The translations under genes were made by a program, and so were the position numbers. Below are positions 9,642-18,103 of a stretch of 64,000 nt of DNA, one piece after another. This stretch comes from a virus (taxonomy: Duplodnaviria > Caudoviricetes): positions 139,499 to 203,498 of IMG/VR virus record IMGVR_UViG_3300014208_000027; one strand, given 5' to 3'. Every line of letters begins with the position of its first letter. The first letter of the stretch is position 1. The notes below the pieces were generated by a model. The model worked only from the letters and a program-made list of their open reading frames with translations, was not told the origin of the DNA and ran no database searches.

Positions 9642-11957
9642 ATGCCTCCAAAGAATCATAATACTAGAAATCCGTTAGAACAATCTCATGATCTTTTTAA
9701 ACGCTTAACACGTCTTTTTAGTGGTCCACTAGTCTCATACAAAGCACAAGTTGAGAAGTCTCTTAGGCGTAAACAATTAGATAAGTATTCTCGTCAGCTA
9801 AAGACAACAGATGGTCAACATTTTAAGAAGCAACAATTTAATTTATATGATGCCTTGAGATCTGCTGCGTTTATGAATGTCCAAAGGCATCAACGTTATA
9901 ATGATTTTAATGAGATGGATACGGATGCTTATATCAGTTCTTGCCTAGACATATATTCTGATGAAATGTGTACGTACTCTAAGCTTCAACCAATGTTGAC
10001 GATTAACTGTGCAAATGAAGAAATTAAAGAAGTTTTAAAAGTTCTCTATAAAGATGTGCTAAATGTGGAATGTAATTTGCCTGGTTGGTGCAGGTCAATG
10101 TGTAAGTTTGGTGATTTTTTTATGTTTCTTGACATTGACGATTCTCTTGGAATTCAGCGTGGAATTGCATTACCACCTGGAGAAGTAGAGCGACTTGAAG
10201 GAGAAGATAAGTTAAACCCTGATTATGTTCAATTTCAGTTAAATACCGGAGGATTAACTCTTGAAAATTGGCAAGTTGCACATTTTAGAATCTTAGGTGT
10301 AGACAAATATGCCCCATTTGGAGTAAGTGTGTTAGATGGTGGGAGAAGAACCTACAGACAGCTTTGTTATGCTAAGGGAACAAAAGTTTGGCTTCCAAAT
10401 CTTGAAGAAAAAAATATTGAAGATATGAAAATTGGGGATGTTGTATTTTCTTTTGATCGTAGTATAAACCAAATAATTGAAACAAAAGTAAAAAATGTTG
10501 CATTTATGGGGATACAAAAGGTAATTGAAATAAAAAGCGGGGAGATTACTTTAAAAGTTACTCCAAATCATGGAGTTTATGTTAGAAATAAAGATGATCA
10601 AATTATTTGTAAAATGGCAAAAGACTTAATTTGCTTTGAAGATAAGTTGATTTGTCCTACTGAACTAAATGATTGCGATTGCGGTGATTGGAGTTATTAT
10701 AGTTTCCAACTTGTAGAAGAAGTTGTTGACAATGGAGAATTTGTTGAAACTTATGATCTTGAAGTTGATCATGAATGTCACAACTTCACTGCTGATGGAG
10801 TAATTGCTTCTAACACACTATTAGAAGATTCTATTATAGCTTATCGTATTGTTCGCGCACCTGAAAGAAAAGTTTTTTATCTTGACGTAGGTAATATCCC
10901 GCCACAAGATGTTGAAGTATTTATGCAGAAAGCTATGACGCAAATGAAACGTCACCAAATTGCTGATCCCACTACAGGTAGAGTAGACCTTCGCTATCAA
11001 CCTATGAGTGTTGAGAATGATTATTTTCTTCCTGTGCGCGGTCAAGGTTCTGCTACTAGAATTGAGCCCCTACCAGGTGGTCAATTTGTTGGCGATATTG
11101 ATGATTTGAAATATATTAAAGATAAATTGTTTGCTGCCTTAAAGGTTCCTATTTCTTATATTTCTCGTGGCGAAGGCTCTAGTGAAGATCAAGGTTCTTT
11201 AAGTGTCAAAGATATCCGCTTTGCTCGCACTATTCAACGCCTACAGAAGTCAGTTATTGCAGAGTTAACTAAAATTGGTCTTGTGCATCTTTTTATTCTA
11301 GGTTACCGTAACGAAGATCTGCTATCATTTTCGCTAGCGTTGAATAATCCTTCGAAGATTGCAGAACTTCAAGAACTTGAACATTGGAAAACTAAATTTG
11401 AGGTTGCTGGCGCTGCTACGGAAAACTTCTTTTCTAGGCGTTGGATCGGTGAAAGAATTTTTAATCTTTCTGAAGAAGAGATGCTTCGTAATCAGCGTGA
11501 AATGTATCAAGATCGATGGCTAGATTCACAATTAAATTCTATTTCTGAAGGTACTGAGTCTAGCTCTGGAGGTGGCGGTGGACTTGAGGGCTTATCTAGC
11601 CCCGATAACACACCTGACGCTGGTTTAGAGGGCACTGATGAAACTGGAGAGCCATCAGAACCACCTACTCTTCTAGCCGCTCCTGGTAAGCGTGACGAGC
11701 CTCATTTAACGCCTGGTTCAAAAGGTAAAGTTTATTTTCCTGAAGAGTTTGATAAGCGTGGTATGGGGGCTAGATCTGTTCATATGGATTCTTTAGGTGG
11801 CACTATTTTACCAGGGCTTAAAAAAATGAAATCTCTTGGTAGAGGTATTGCTAATGAATCTTTAACATTGGAAGAAAGTAAACTTCATAACACTAGTTTT
11901 GAAATTAAACAATTATTAGAAAAGTTAGAAAGTAAAACAGACAAGAAGATTATTTAA
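9642..11957 (+). CDS. portal vertex protein (T4 gp20-like) containing an intein
   Basis: WCRSMCKFGDFF, AHFRILG, YRIVRAPERKVFYLDVGNIPP, IEPLPGG and DIRFARTIQRLQ motifs; lies next to terL. Confidence 0.93.
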   Translation: MPPKNHNTRNPLEQSHDLFKRLTRLFSGPLVSYKAQVEKSLRRKQLDKYSRQLKTTDGQHFKKQQFNLYDALRSAAFMNVQRHQRYNDFNEMDTDAYISSCLDIYSDEMCTYSKLQPMLTINCANEEIKEVLKVLYKDVLNVECNLPGWCRSMCKFGDFFMFLDIDDSLGIQRGIALPPGEVERLEGEDKLNPDYVQFQLNTGGLTLENWQVAHFRILGVDKYAPFGVSVLDGGRRTYRQLCYAKGTKVWLPNLEEKNIEDMKIGDVVFSFDRSINQIIETKVKNVAFMGIQKVIEIKSGEITLKVTPNHGVYVRNKDDQIICKMAKDLICFEDKLICPTELNDCDCGDWSYYSFQLVEEVVDNGEFVETYDLEVDHECHNFTADGVIASNTLLEDSIIAYRIVRAPERKVFYLDVGNIPPQDVEVFMQKAMTQMKRHQIADPTTGRVDLRYQPMSVENDYFLPVRGQGSATRIEPLPGGQFVGDIDDLKYIKDKLFAALKVPISYISRGEGSSEDQGSLSVKDIRFARTIQRLQKSVIAELTKIGLVHLFILGYRNEDLLSFSLALNNPSKIAELQELEHWKTKFEVAGAATENFFSRRWIGERIFNLSEEEMLRNQREMYQDRWLDSQLNSISEGTESSSGGGGGLEGLSSPDNTPDAGLEGTDETGEPSEPPTLLAAPGKRDEPHLTPGSKGKVYFPEEFDKRGMGARSVHMDSLGGTILPGLKKMKSLGRGIANESLTLEESKLHNTSFEIKQLLEKLESKTDKKII
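10365..10814 (+). mobile_element. 150-aa mini-intein in the portal
   Basis: CYAKGTKV start, TPNH block B, TYDLEVD...HNFTADGVIASN end, +1 Thr. Removing it restores RQL-TLLED. Confidence 0.92.
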
Positions 11958-11961
11958 TTTA

Positions 11962-13047
11962 ATGTTCAATTTCAAGAAAATCTTAAGAGAGAATATTCAG
12001 CAAACTAGATTGTTGTTATGGGAAGGTTTAGGTCAACTTGATGAAAGAGCTAGGTATAGAGAGAAAGATATAGAGCTGCCAGAACTATGGGATGTGTTAA
12101 AAAAACTTAAAGTTGACAATCCCAATGATAGTCAATATTTTGTTCATCTTTCACAAATAGAAAAAGTTGGAATTAACCCACAATTTAGTCACGATGAATC
12201 GCCAATTGGAATATATACTTATCCTATAGATGAAGAGTTTTTTCGAATTTTTAAAGACAAAGTAGTATACGCTACAGACTTTCCATATGTTTTTATTCTA
12301 AAGTTTGTCGGAGATCCATCAAAGATTTATACTTTCGGGCAACGAAGCAAACTTTATTCTGAAATGTCGGAAGAAAGCTATAATAAATATTTAAATCTGA
12401 TAAAAGTTCTCTTTAATGGGAAGCCTGAATTTGAAAAAATTTCAAAGTTTGAAAAAGAATATAGATCCTTTGAGCCTATCCAAAGGTTATGGAATATAAC
12501 TAGAGGGTTAGTTGGCGATGGAAATGGCAAACAGTGGGGATTTTTATTAAAAAAACTTGGAATAAATGGATTCGTAGATTCTGGTCTGGGTGCTATACAT
12601 GCCGCAGAAGATTCTCAGGCTATATTTTTTAATTATCCTGATCTTCAAATTGAGTATGAATTTACTAATATAAGTGATTCTAGACGGTATGAAAAACTGA
12701 TTAACAACATCATTGATTTGTATAAGAATGGAAAAGTACCTAGCGAAAAAATGTTTAATGAATTAAACGATGTGAATTTAAAAAAAGTAGTGGAAGACGA
12801 CGAATTGTATTTTGATAAATTTTGGGTTAAGTTGTCGAAGCGAAAAAATCTACCAGAAGAATTTATTGTTAAGTTTTCGGGTTATCTTGATTGGGGTTAT
12901 ATTTCTCTTTATCAAAACTTGAGTGAAGACTTTATTGAAAAGTTTAGGAATAAGATTAATTGGATATCTCTCTCTAAAAACAAGGAAATTCCCGAAGAAA
13001 CAAAAAACAAGTTTATTAACAAAGGAAAGGTAAAAAATGGCGTTTAG
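11962..13047 (+). CDS. probable internal head protein: shared N-terminal tag, ART-like middle domain, Trp repeats
   Basis: MFNFKKILRE start; VHLS..PIGIYTYP..GINGFVD..EDSQAIFF; C-terminal W..IS..Q.LSE.FI repeats. Confidence 0.5.
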   Translation: MFNFKKILRENIQQTRLLLWEGLGQLDERARYREKDIELPELWDVLKKLKVDNPNDSQYFVHLSQIEKVGINPQFSHDESPIGIYTYPIDEEFFRIFKDKVVYATDFPYVFILKFVGDPSKIYTFGQRSKLYSEMSEESYNKYLNLIKVLFNGKPEFEKISKFEKEYRSFEPIQRLWNITRGLVGDGNGKQWGFLLKKLGINGFVDSGLGAIHAAEDSQAIFFNYPDLQIEYEFTNISDSRRYEKLINNIIDLYKNGKVPSEKMFNELNDVNLKKVVEDDELYFDKFWVKLSKRKNLPEEFIVKFSGYLDWGYISLYQNLSEDFIEKFRNKINWISLSKNKEIPEETKNKFINKGKVKNGV

Positions 13048-13828
13048 ACACAACAAAAAAAAGAATACGCTTTTTATCTATGAAGTTCTTATACGTGAAC
13101 TTACTAGATGTATTCTAAAAGAAGACAAGGCACAAAAAAAAGAAATTCTCAACATTATTAAAACTTTCTTTGCTAAGGATAAGCCTTTAGCTAAAGAAAT
13201 AGAGTTATATCGTATTCTATCTGAAACTACTGACCTTAAAGAAGGGTTAGCGCGTAAACTGTTATCAGAAACTTTACGAGTTTATAGTAACTTCAATCAT
13301 AATGATTTACAACAGGAACAAGAAAAATTACTTGCTCAAGTTAACGAGAAAACTGATTCTGAATCATTATTTACTACTTTTATTCCTTCTTATAGAAATC
13401 TTGCAAGTATCTACCAAATTTTTAACCGTAAAATGAATCCTAAAGAAAAAGTTATTCTTGAAGAACGCATTGTAGAATCTTTAATGAGTTCGCCAAAGTT
13501 AAAAGAGGAAGAAAAATTTAATCCTATTGGAAATTTAGAGTTTAAAACATTTCTAAACTCATTTAATGAAGTATACTCTGGTACGCTTATAAAAGAACAA
13601 CAAGAGTTGTTAACTCGTTATGTGCTTTCTAGTACAGATGATGGTACGGAACTAAAAATATATCTTAATGAGGAAATTTCAAGATTGAAAGGTGCTGTAA
13701 AGGGTAGGGAAGAATTAAAAGAAGTGTTACAGGTTTTAGAAAACTTTCAAAATCAACCAATTAGTACGGAAGTATTAAGTCAAGTGTTGCGAGTGCAAGA
13801 TTTAGTAAGTCAGTTAGAAAACAAATAG
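13037..13828 (+). CDS. conserved head-module protein
   Basis: MAFRHNKKKNT start; helical; sits between portal and protease. Confidence 0.65.
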   Translation: MAFRHNKKKNTLFIYEVLIRELTRCILKEDKAQKKEILNIIKTFFAKDKPLAKEIELYRILSETTDLKEGLARKLLSETLRVYSNFNHNDLQQEQEKLLAQVNEKTDSESLFTTFIPSYRNLASIYQIFNRKMNPKEKVILEERIVESLMSSPKLKEEEKFNPIGNLEFKTFLNSFNEVYSGTLIKEQQELLTRYVLSSTDDGTELKIYLNEEISRLKGAVKGREELKEVLQVLENFQNQPISTEVLSQVLRVQDLVSQLENK

Positions 13829-13836
13829 AATCACAA

Positions 13837-13844
13837 CTATTTAT
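13837..13844 (+). promoter_or_regulatory. putative late promoter
   Basis: Intergenic CTATTTAT followed by AGGAG. Confidence 0.5.
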
Positions 13845-13858
13845 TGCTAGGAGATATT

Positions 13859-13945
13859 ATGCAAGATTTCGTCTATATTGTTCGTAAGTGGCAAAATAAA
13901 CGTAGAGTTGCTTTGTGTTGTAAAGGTAGCATAAGCAAGCCCTAG
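13859..13945 (+). CDS. 28-aa peptide MQDFVYIVRKWQNKRRVALCCKGSISKP
   Basis: Own promoter motif and AGGAG SD; stop codon lies inside hairpin GCCCTA-GCGAG-TAGGGC. Confidence 0.55.
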   Translation: MQDFVYIVRKWQNKRRVALCCKGSISKP

Positions 13946-13967
13946 CGAGTAGGGCAAGAAAAAATAA

Positions 13968-14570
13968 ATGTCAAAAATGCTTCTTACAGAATTTTTTAGT
14001 TTATGCCCTGGGGGTCAATGTGAAGATCTGTTAACTGAGCATGATAAACATATGGTTCGTGAAGGCAACATTATTTTAACTGGTAAAATTCAAGAAGCAA
14101 ACACTAGGAATGGCAATGGAAGAGTTTATCCCAAGAAAATCCTTGAACGTGAAATCAACAAGTATCAGCAATTAATTGAAGAAAAACGGGCACTTGGGAC
14201 CTTAGATCACGGAGTGGATGAGACAGTGATGTTGAAAGATGCCTCGCATTTAATGACACAACTATGGTGGGATGGTGATTGCGTTATGGGCAAGCTCAGA
14301 GTGTTAAAAACTCCTGTAGGTCAAATTTTAGAAACTTTGATTAAAGAAGGCATATTACTTGGAATTTCTTCTAGAGCACTCGGTAGCTTAACAGAAGGTA
14401 GGGATGGAAATTCTATTGTCAATGAAGATCTTGCCCTACTGTCGTTTGATATAGTTTCAGTCCCTTCTACAAATCGTGCATTTCTTCAACAAGTTCAAGA
14501 GTCAAAGTTGAACGAATCTAAACAAAGTAAAATTTCTTCCCTAGTTAGTGAAATCCTCAAGAGGCGCTAA
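13968..14570 (+). CDS. prohead core protease (T4 gp21-like)
   Basis: NTRNGNGRVYP, ALGTLDH, SHLM, GISSRALGSL, FDIVSVPST. Confidence 0.93.
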   Translation: MSKMLLTEFFSLCPGGQCEDLLTEHDKHMVREGNIILTGKIQEANTRNGNGRVYPKKILEREINKYQQLIEEKRALGTLDHGVDETVMLKDASHLMTQLWWDGDCVMGKLRVLKTPVGQILETLIKEGILLGISSRALGSLTEGRDGNSIVNEDLALLSFDIVSVPSTNRAFLQQVQESKLNESKQSKISSLVSEILKRR

Positions 14571-15016
14571 TGAATCTTCTAGAATTAAAAAAACTCCTTA
14601 AACCTTTAATTCGTGACATTGTTAAAGAAGTTATCCTTGAAGAGCAAGGTATTATTTCTCATGTCATAAAGGAGTCTATGACTGCTATAGCGGGTAATAA
14701 AGCTTCTTTACCTGTTCAACAGTTGCAAGAAGAAGTTAAATCTTTTCAACCTCGTAAACTCCCTAGTGACGTTAAAGATCAACTAGCAGGCACAAGAAAA
14801 AAACTTTTAGAAGCTATTGGTAAAGATGCTTATAACGGTGTAGATCTTTTTGCCGGTACAGAACCGCTAAGAGAAAACGCTCCTACGGTTACGCCTATGG
14901 GAAGCGTCCCGTCACCACTAGCAAACATGGATCCTAGTGATCCAGGTGTTCCAATCGATAAATTTTTCGATACTCAAAACTGGGCAAAGTTAGCAGCAGG
15001 TAAGAAAAAAAAATAA
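14570..15016 (+). CDS. hypothetical head-module protein
   Basis: 148 aa, translationally coupled (TAATG) to the protease gene. Confidence 0.7.
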   Translation: MNLLELKKLLKPLIRDIVKEVILEEQGIISHVIKESMTAIAGNKASLPVQQLQEEVKSFQPRKLPSDVKDQLAGTRKKLLEAIGKDAYNGVDLFAGTEPLRENAPTVTPMGSVPSPLANMDPSDPGVPIDKFFDTQNWAKLAAGKKKK

Positions 15017-15043
15017 CTTCAAAACATTAACAAAGGATAGAAA

Positions 15044-15334
15044 ATGGCTTATTATAACCACAAACGACGTGTGCATGAAAAGAAGGAATGGGGTGTTACC
15101 GGAGATGAGGCAGCAGGTTCAATTCTTCTAGAAGTAGTATTTGAAGAAAATGATACTGTTGAAAAACTTATTAAACGCTTCCTAAAGAAGTTTAAGAAGA
15201 ATAAGTTAATGGATGAGATCCATGAGCATAATTATTATGTGAAGCCTTCTATGCGCCGCAAACTTAAACGGTCTAGACGTAGGAAAGTGGCTCAACGCAT
15301 TCAACAAGAAAAAGATTTATCTAATTTAGACTAA
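15044..15334 (+). CDS. rpsU: ribosomal protein bS21 homolog
   Basis: VVFEENDTVEKLIKRFLKKFKKNKLMDEIHEHNYYVKPSMRRKLKR parallels bS21 V.E.E..D.ALRRFK...E...REFYEKP..RK. Confidence 0.8.
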   Translation: MAYYNHKRRVHEKKEWGVTGDEAAGSILLEVVFEENDTVEKLIKRFLKKFKKNKLMDEIHEHNYYVKPSMRRKLKRSRRRKVAQRIQQEKDLSNLD

Positions 15335-15341
15335 CTAACAT

Positions 15342-16322
15342 ATGGCGGTAGAACATCTTTGGCGGCAAATCGGGGGTAGTGGTGGTGGAGCTACTGGGCC
15401 TACGGGACCTACAGGCCCAACGGGCGCTACTGGAGCCACTGGGACTAGTGTAACCGGACCTACTGGTGCTACTGGTCCAACTGGTGCTGATTCTACTGTA
15501 CCTGGCCCTACAGGCCCAACTGGCCCAGTAGCTACATTTGATACCAGACTTCCTCAAATGATGTGGATTTCTTCTACGGCAATAGATGTGTACCCCCCTC
15601 CAGGAGTTTCTACAGCTAGATTAACGCTTCAAAATGGCACTCAATACGCATTAACTTCTGCACTTTCTTTTTCGTTTTCTAATCCTGTAGGAGGGGATTT
15701 GGGGTTAGATGTTGGAGCTGAAGCTCCTTCAACATGGTATTATATGTACGTATTGCCAAAGTCTGGTTCTGCTACGGAATTTACTGTAAAAGCATCTGCA
15801 ACTTCTCCAACAAATACATCAGGGCCTCCAAGCTCTAGTAGTTACGCATACCTTGGTTCATTTTATAATAATTCTGGAAGTAACATTCGTCCATTTGACC
15901 AAAATAATAGTTATTTTTCTTATAGAGATTATACTGGCTTAGAGTTGGTGTTGTATACGGAAAGTGCAGGTTCTCCTGCAACTGGAACATGGACTCTGCT
16001 ATCGGCATCATCTATATCTTCTTCCTTTCCAACCAATACTGCTGGGTCTGTAGTCATTACTGGGGTTATGGATTCGGATGCTGCTGGAGTTCATGAAATA
16101 ATGGTTGAAGCAGGGAACCCACCTTCATATACCCCATCTTCATTTAATCAAACATTTTTAATAGCTCAAGAAAATTCTCGTTGTGCGAATACGAAAATTA
16201 TAAATTTAACTTTAAACGGTAGTTCCAAGGGGGATATTTCTAGGTATTGGCTTAATAGAACGGGTTTAGTAGATATTAGGTTGTGGGTATTAGGATACTA
16301 CGATAAATATCTCCCAGGCTAG
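15342..16322 (+). CDS. collagen-like fibre/decoration protein
   Basis: N-terminal GPT/GAT triplets, then a beta-rich domain with WYYMYV and YAYLGSFYN. Confidence 0.75.
   Translation: MAVEHLWRQIGGSGGGATGPTGPTGPTGATGATGTSVTGPTGATGPTGADSTVPGPTGPTGPVATFDTRLPQMMWISSTAIDVYPPPGVSTARLTLQNGTQYALTSALSFSFSNPVGGDLGLDVGAEAPSTWYYMYVLPKSGSATEFTVKASATSPTNTSGPPSSSSYAYLGSFYNNSGSNIRPFDQNNSYFSYRDYTGLELVLYTESAGSPATGTWTLLSASSISSSFPTNTAGSVVITGVMDSDAAGVHEIMVEAGNPPSYTPSSFNQTFLIAQENSRCANTKIINLTLNGSSKGDISRYWLNRTGLVDIRLWVLGYYDKYLPG
15387..15530 (+). repeat. collagen G-X-T triplet repeat
   Basis: 12 G-X-Y triplets (mostly GPT/GAT) with two interruptions. Confidence 0.9.
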
Positions 16323-16329
16323 GTGATCT

Positions 16330-17622
16330 TTGCGAAACTTAATAAAACTCAATATGATTGTTAAAAATGAGTCTGCCCGTATTCGTCAGACTTTAGAGTC
16401 TGTCCTTCCTTACATTGATTCATGGTGTATTGTCGATACTGGTTCAACTGATGATACGGTAGAAATAATTAAAAGTTGCCTTAGTAATGTCCCAGGCCAT
16501 CTTATACGCCATCCTATTATTACTTATTTAGACACTGATTGTATTGATTATGCTGCTACTCGTAATATGGCGCTTGAATATGCTAGTAATAATTCTACCT
16601 TTATTTTTTTAATGAGCGGTGATGAGATTCTACAAAATGGTGAATCCCTTAGAACGTTTTGTGAAGAGGCAAAAGAAAAAAAAGATTACGACGCTCATTA
16701 TGTTCAGTTACTAGGCTCTTCTAGGGGCAGCTATGATCAAATAAGATTATTACGCTCTAACGCTAACCTTCGTTATACTTTTCCTACGCATGAATATATT
16801 TTTAACGCTAAGAATATTGGACAACGCATATTGAATGTAAGTATTAACTCTTTCTCAGAACCCTATGAAAAATCCTGTGAACGCTGGGAACGAGATATAA
16901 AAGTTCTCTACCGCTACATGCAAAATGTTCCTGGTAACTATTTAACTAAAGAATCTGAGGATTCTAATATCGGCGGGGGTCGTCGATTACACGGGTGGAG
17001 ACAAAATAAGACTTCTTTCCCCTTTAAAGAAGCATTGTCGGAGAAGCCCGAAGTTTCGAAAGAAACAACCCACCTAGCTCAGAACTATGATAGCGGAGAT
17101 CGAAATAGGGCGATCTTTTATCTTGCGCAAAGTTATGAGTGTCTTGGTAATAATGATTTAGCATTTGAATATTATGAAAAGCGTTCAAAAATGGGTGGAT
17201 GGTCTGAAGAAGTATATGAAGCTAAAAAAAGAATGGCTCAATGCGCTGATAGGTTAAAAATAGTATCTTCTAAAAAGTTTTCATGGGAAGAAGTAAAAGA
17301 AATGTATTTAGAGACATACTCTTTTAGACCAGAACGATTAGAAGCCATATATGAAATAGCCAAGCACTATTACGATGAAAAGAATTTTTCGTTATGTTAC
17401 TTGTACGCTTTAATAGGATTAGACTGTAAAGCGCCAGAGCAAGATGTTTTGTTTGTAGATAGAGAAGTCTATACTTGGAAACTTGCAGATTTAGTTTCTG
17501 CTTCTGCTTGGAACATAGGAAAGAAAGAAATTGGGTTAAAAGCAGCTAAAAAGGCGTATCGAGCAAATTCTGAAGATAAGCGACTGCAAGAAAATTATTA
17601 TTTCTATCGGGACAACTCCTAA
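16330..17622 (+). CDS. GT2-family glycosyltransferase with TPR-like C-terminus
   Basis: LNMIVKNES, IVDTGSTDDT, SGDE (DxD-like), THEY; FYLAQSY and RPERLEAIYEIA TPR helices. TTG start uncertain. Confidence 0.85.
   Translation: MRNLIKLNMIVKNESARIRQTLESVLPYIDSWCIVDTGSTDDTVEIIKSCLSNVPGHLIRHPIITYLDTDCIDYAATRNMALEYASNNSTFIFLMSGDEILQNGESLRTFCEEAKEKKDYDAHYVQLLGSSRGSYDQIRLLRSNANLRYTFPTHEYIFNAKNIGQRILNVSINSFSEPYEKSCERWERDIKVLYRYMQNVPGNYLTKESEDSNIGGGRRLHGWRQNKTSFPFKEALSEKPEVSKETTHLAQNYDSGDRNRAIFYLAQSYECLGNNDLAFEYYEKRSKMGGWSEEVYEAKKRMAQCADRLKIVSSKKFSWEEVKEMYLETYSFRPERLEAIYEIAKHYYDEKNFSLCYLYALIGLDCKAPEQDVLFVDREVYTWKLADLVSASAWNIGKKEIGLKAAKKAYRANSEDKRLQENYYFYRDNS
16940..17090 (+). mobile_element. in-frame structured insert resembling a TnpB (IS605/IS607) right-end omegaRNA remnant
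   Basis: GATTACACGGGTGGAGAC..ATAAGAC..GAAGCCCGAAG with nested stems and a GAAA tetraloop; interrupts the GT2-TPR linker. Boundaries approximate. Confidence 0.5.
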
Positions 17623-17635
17623 ACCATTCTTCAGA

Positions 17636-17643
17636 CTAATTAT
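17636..17643 (+). promoter_or_regulatory. putative late promoter
   Basis: Intergenic CTAATTAT, then AAGGAG. Confidence 0.5.
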
Positions 17644-17674
17644 TTTTGGTTAAGTACAATCTAAGGAGCTATTC

Positions 17675-18100
17675 ATGGCAAATTGGCAAACACCACCCCA
17701 ACCTGGTTACGGAAATGTTGGGTCATATCAAATTTCAGGTATCCCATTTTTAACTGGTTCTGATGTTAATGGAACTGGAACAAATAATGGTGAAGTAAAG
17801 ATTTCTTTTCCGTATGTAGCTAGATCTATCACTGTTGTAAATACTGGATCTGTAGCTCTTTGGATACACTTTGATAGCCGTGCGAATACTGATGTTGTTA
17901 CTTATAAACATTATGCTGTTGTGGCTAATAGTGGTGATGCCTGGGCATTTAACGTAAGGGTAAAAGAAATATATGTTTCTGCTGCCACTGCTGTAGCTGG
18001 TGGAGGTTTTTCATTAGGAGCAGAACTAACGCCAATTCCAGTACGAGATATTCCAGTTATGACTGGTTCTGGAATCAATAGCAAAGGCTTAGGATTTTAG
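17675..18100 (+). CDS. probable virion structural protein
   Basis: PGYGNVGSYQISGIPFLTGS; beta-rich, G/S/T composition. Confidence 0.65.
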   Translation: MANWQTPPQPGYGNVGSYQISGIPFLTGSDVNGTGTNNGEVKISFPYVARSITVVNTGSVALWIHFDSRANTDVVTYKHYAVVANSGDAWAFNVRVKEIYVSAATAVAGGGFSLGAELTPIPVRDIPVMTGSGINSKGLGF

Positions 18101-18103
18101 CTT

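Noticed and set aside
15321-15557. Ser/Arg/Trp-rich ORF
   Set aside because: Alternate-frame shadow of the collagen repeat.
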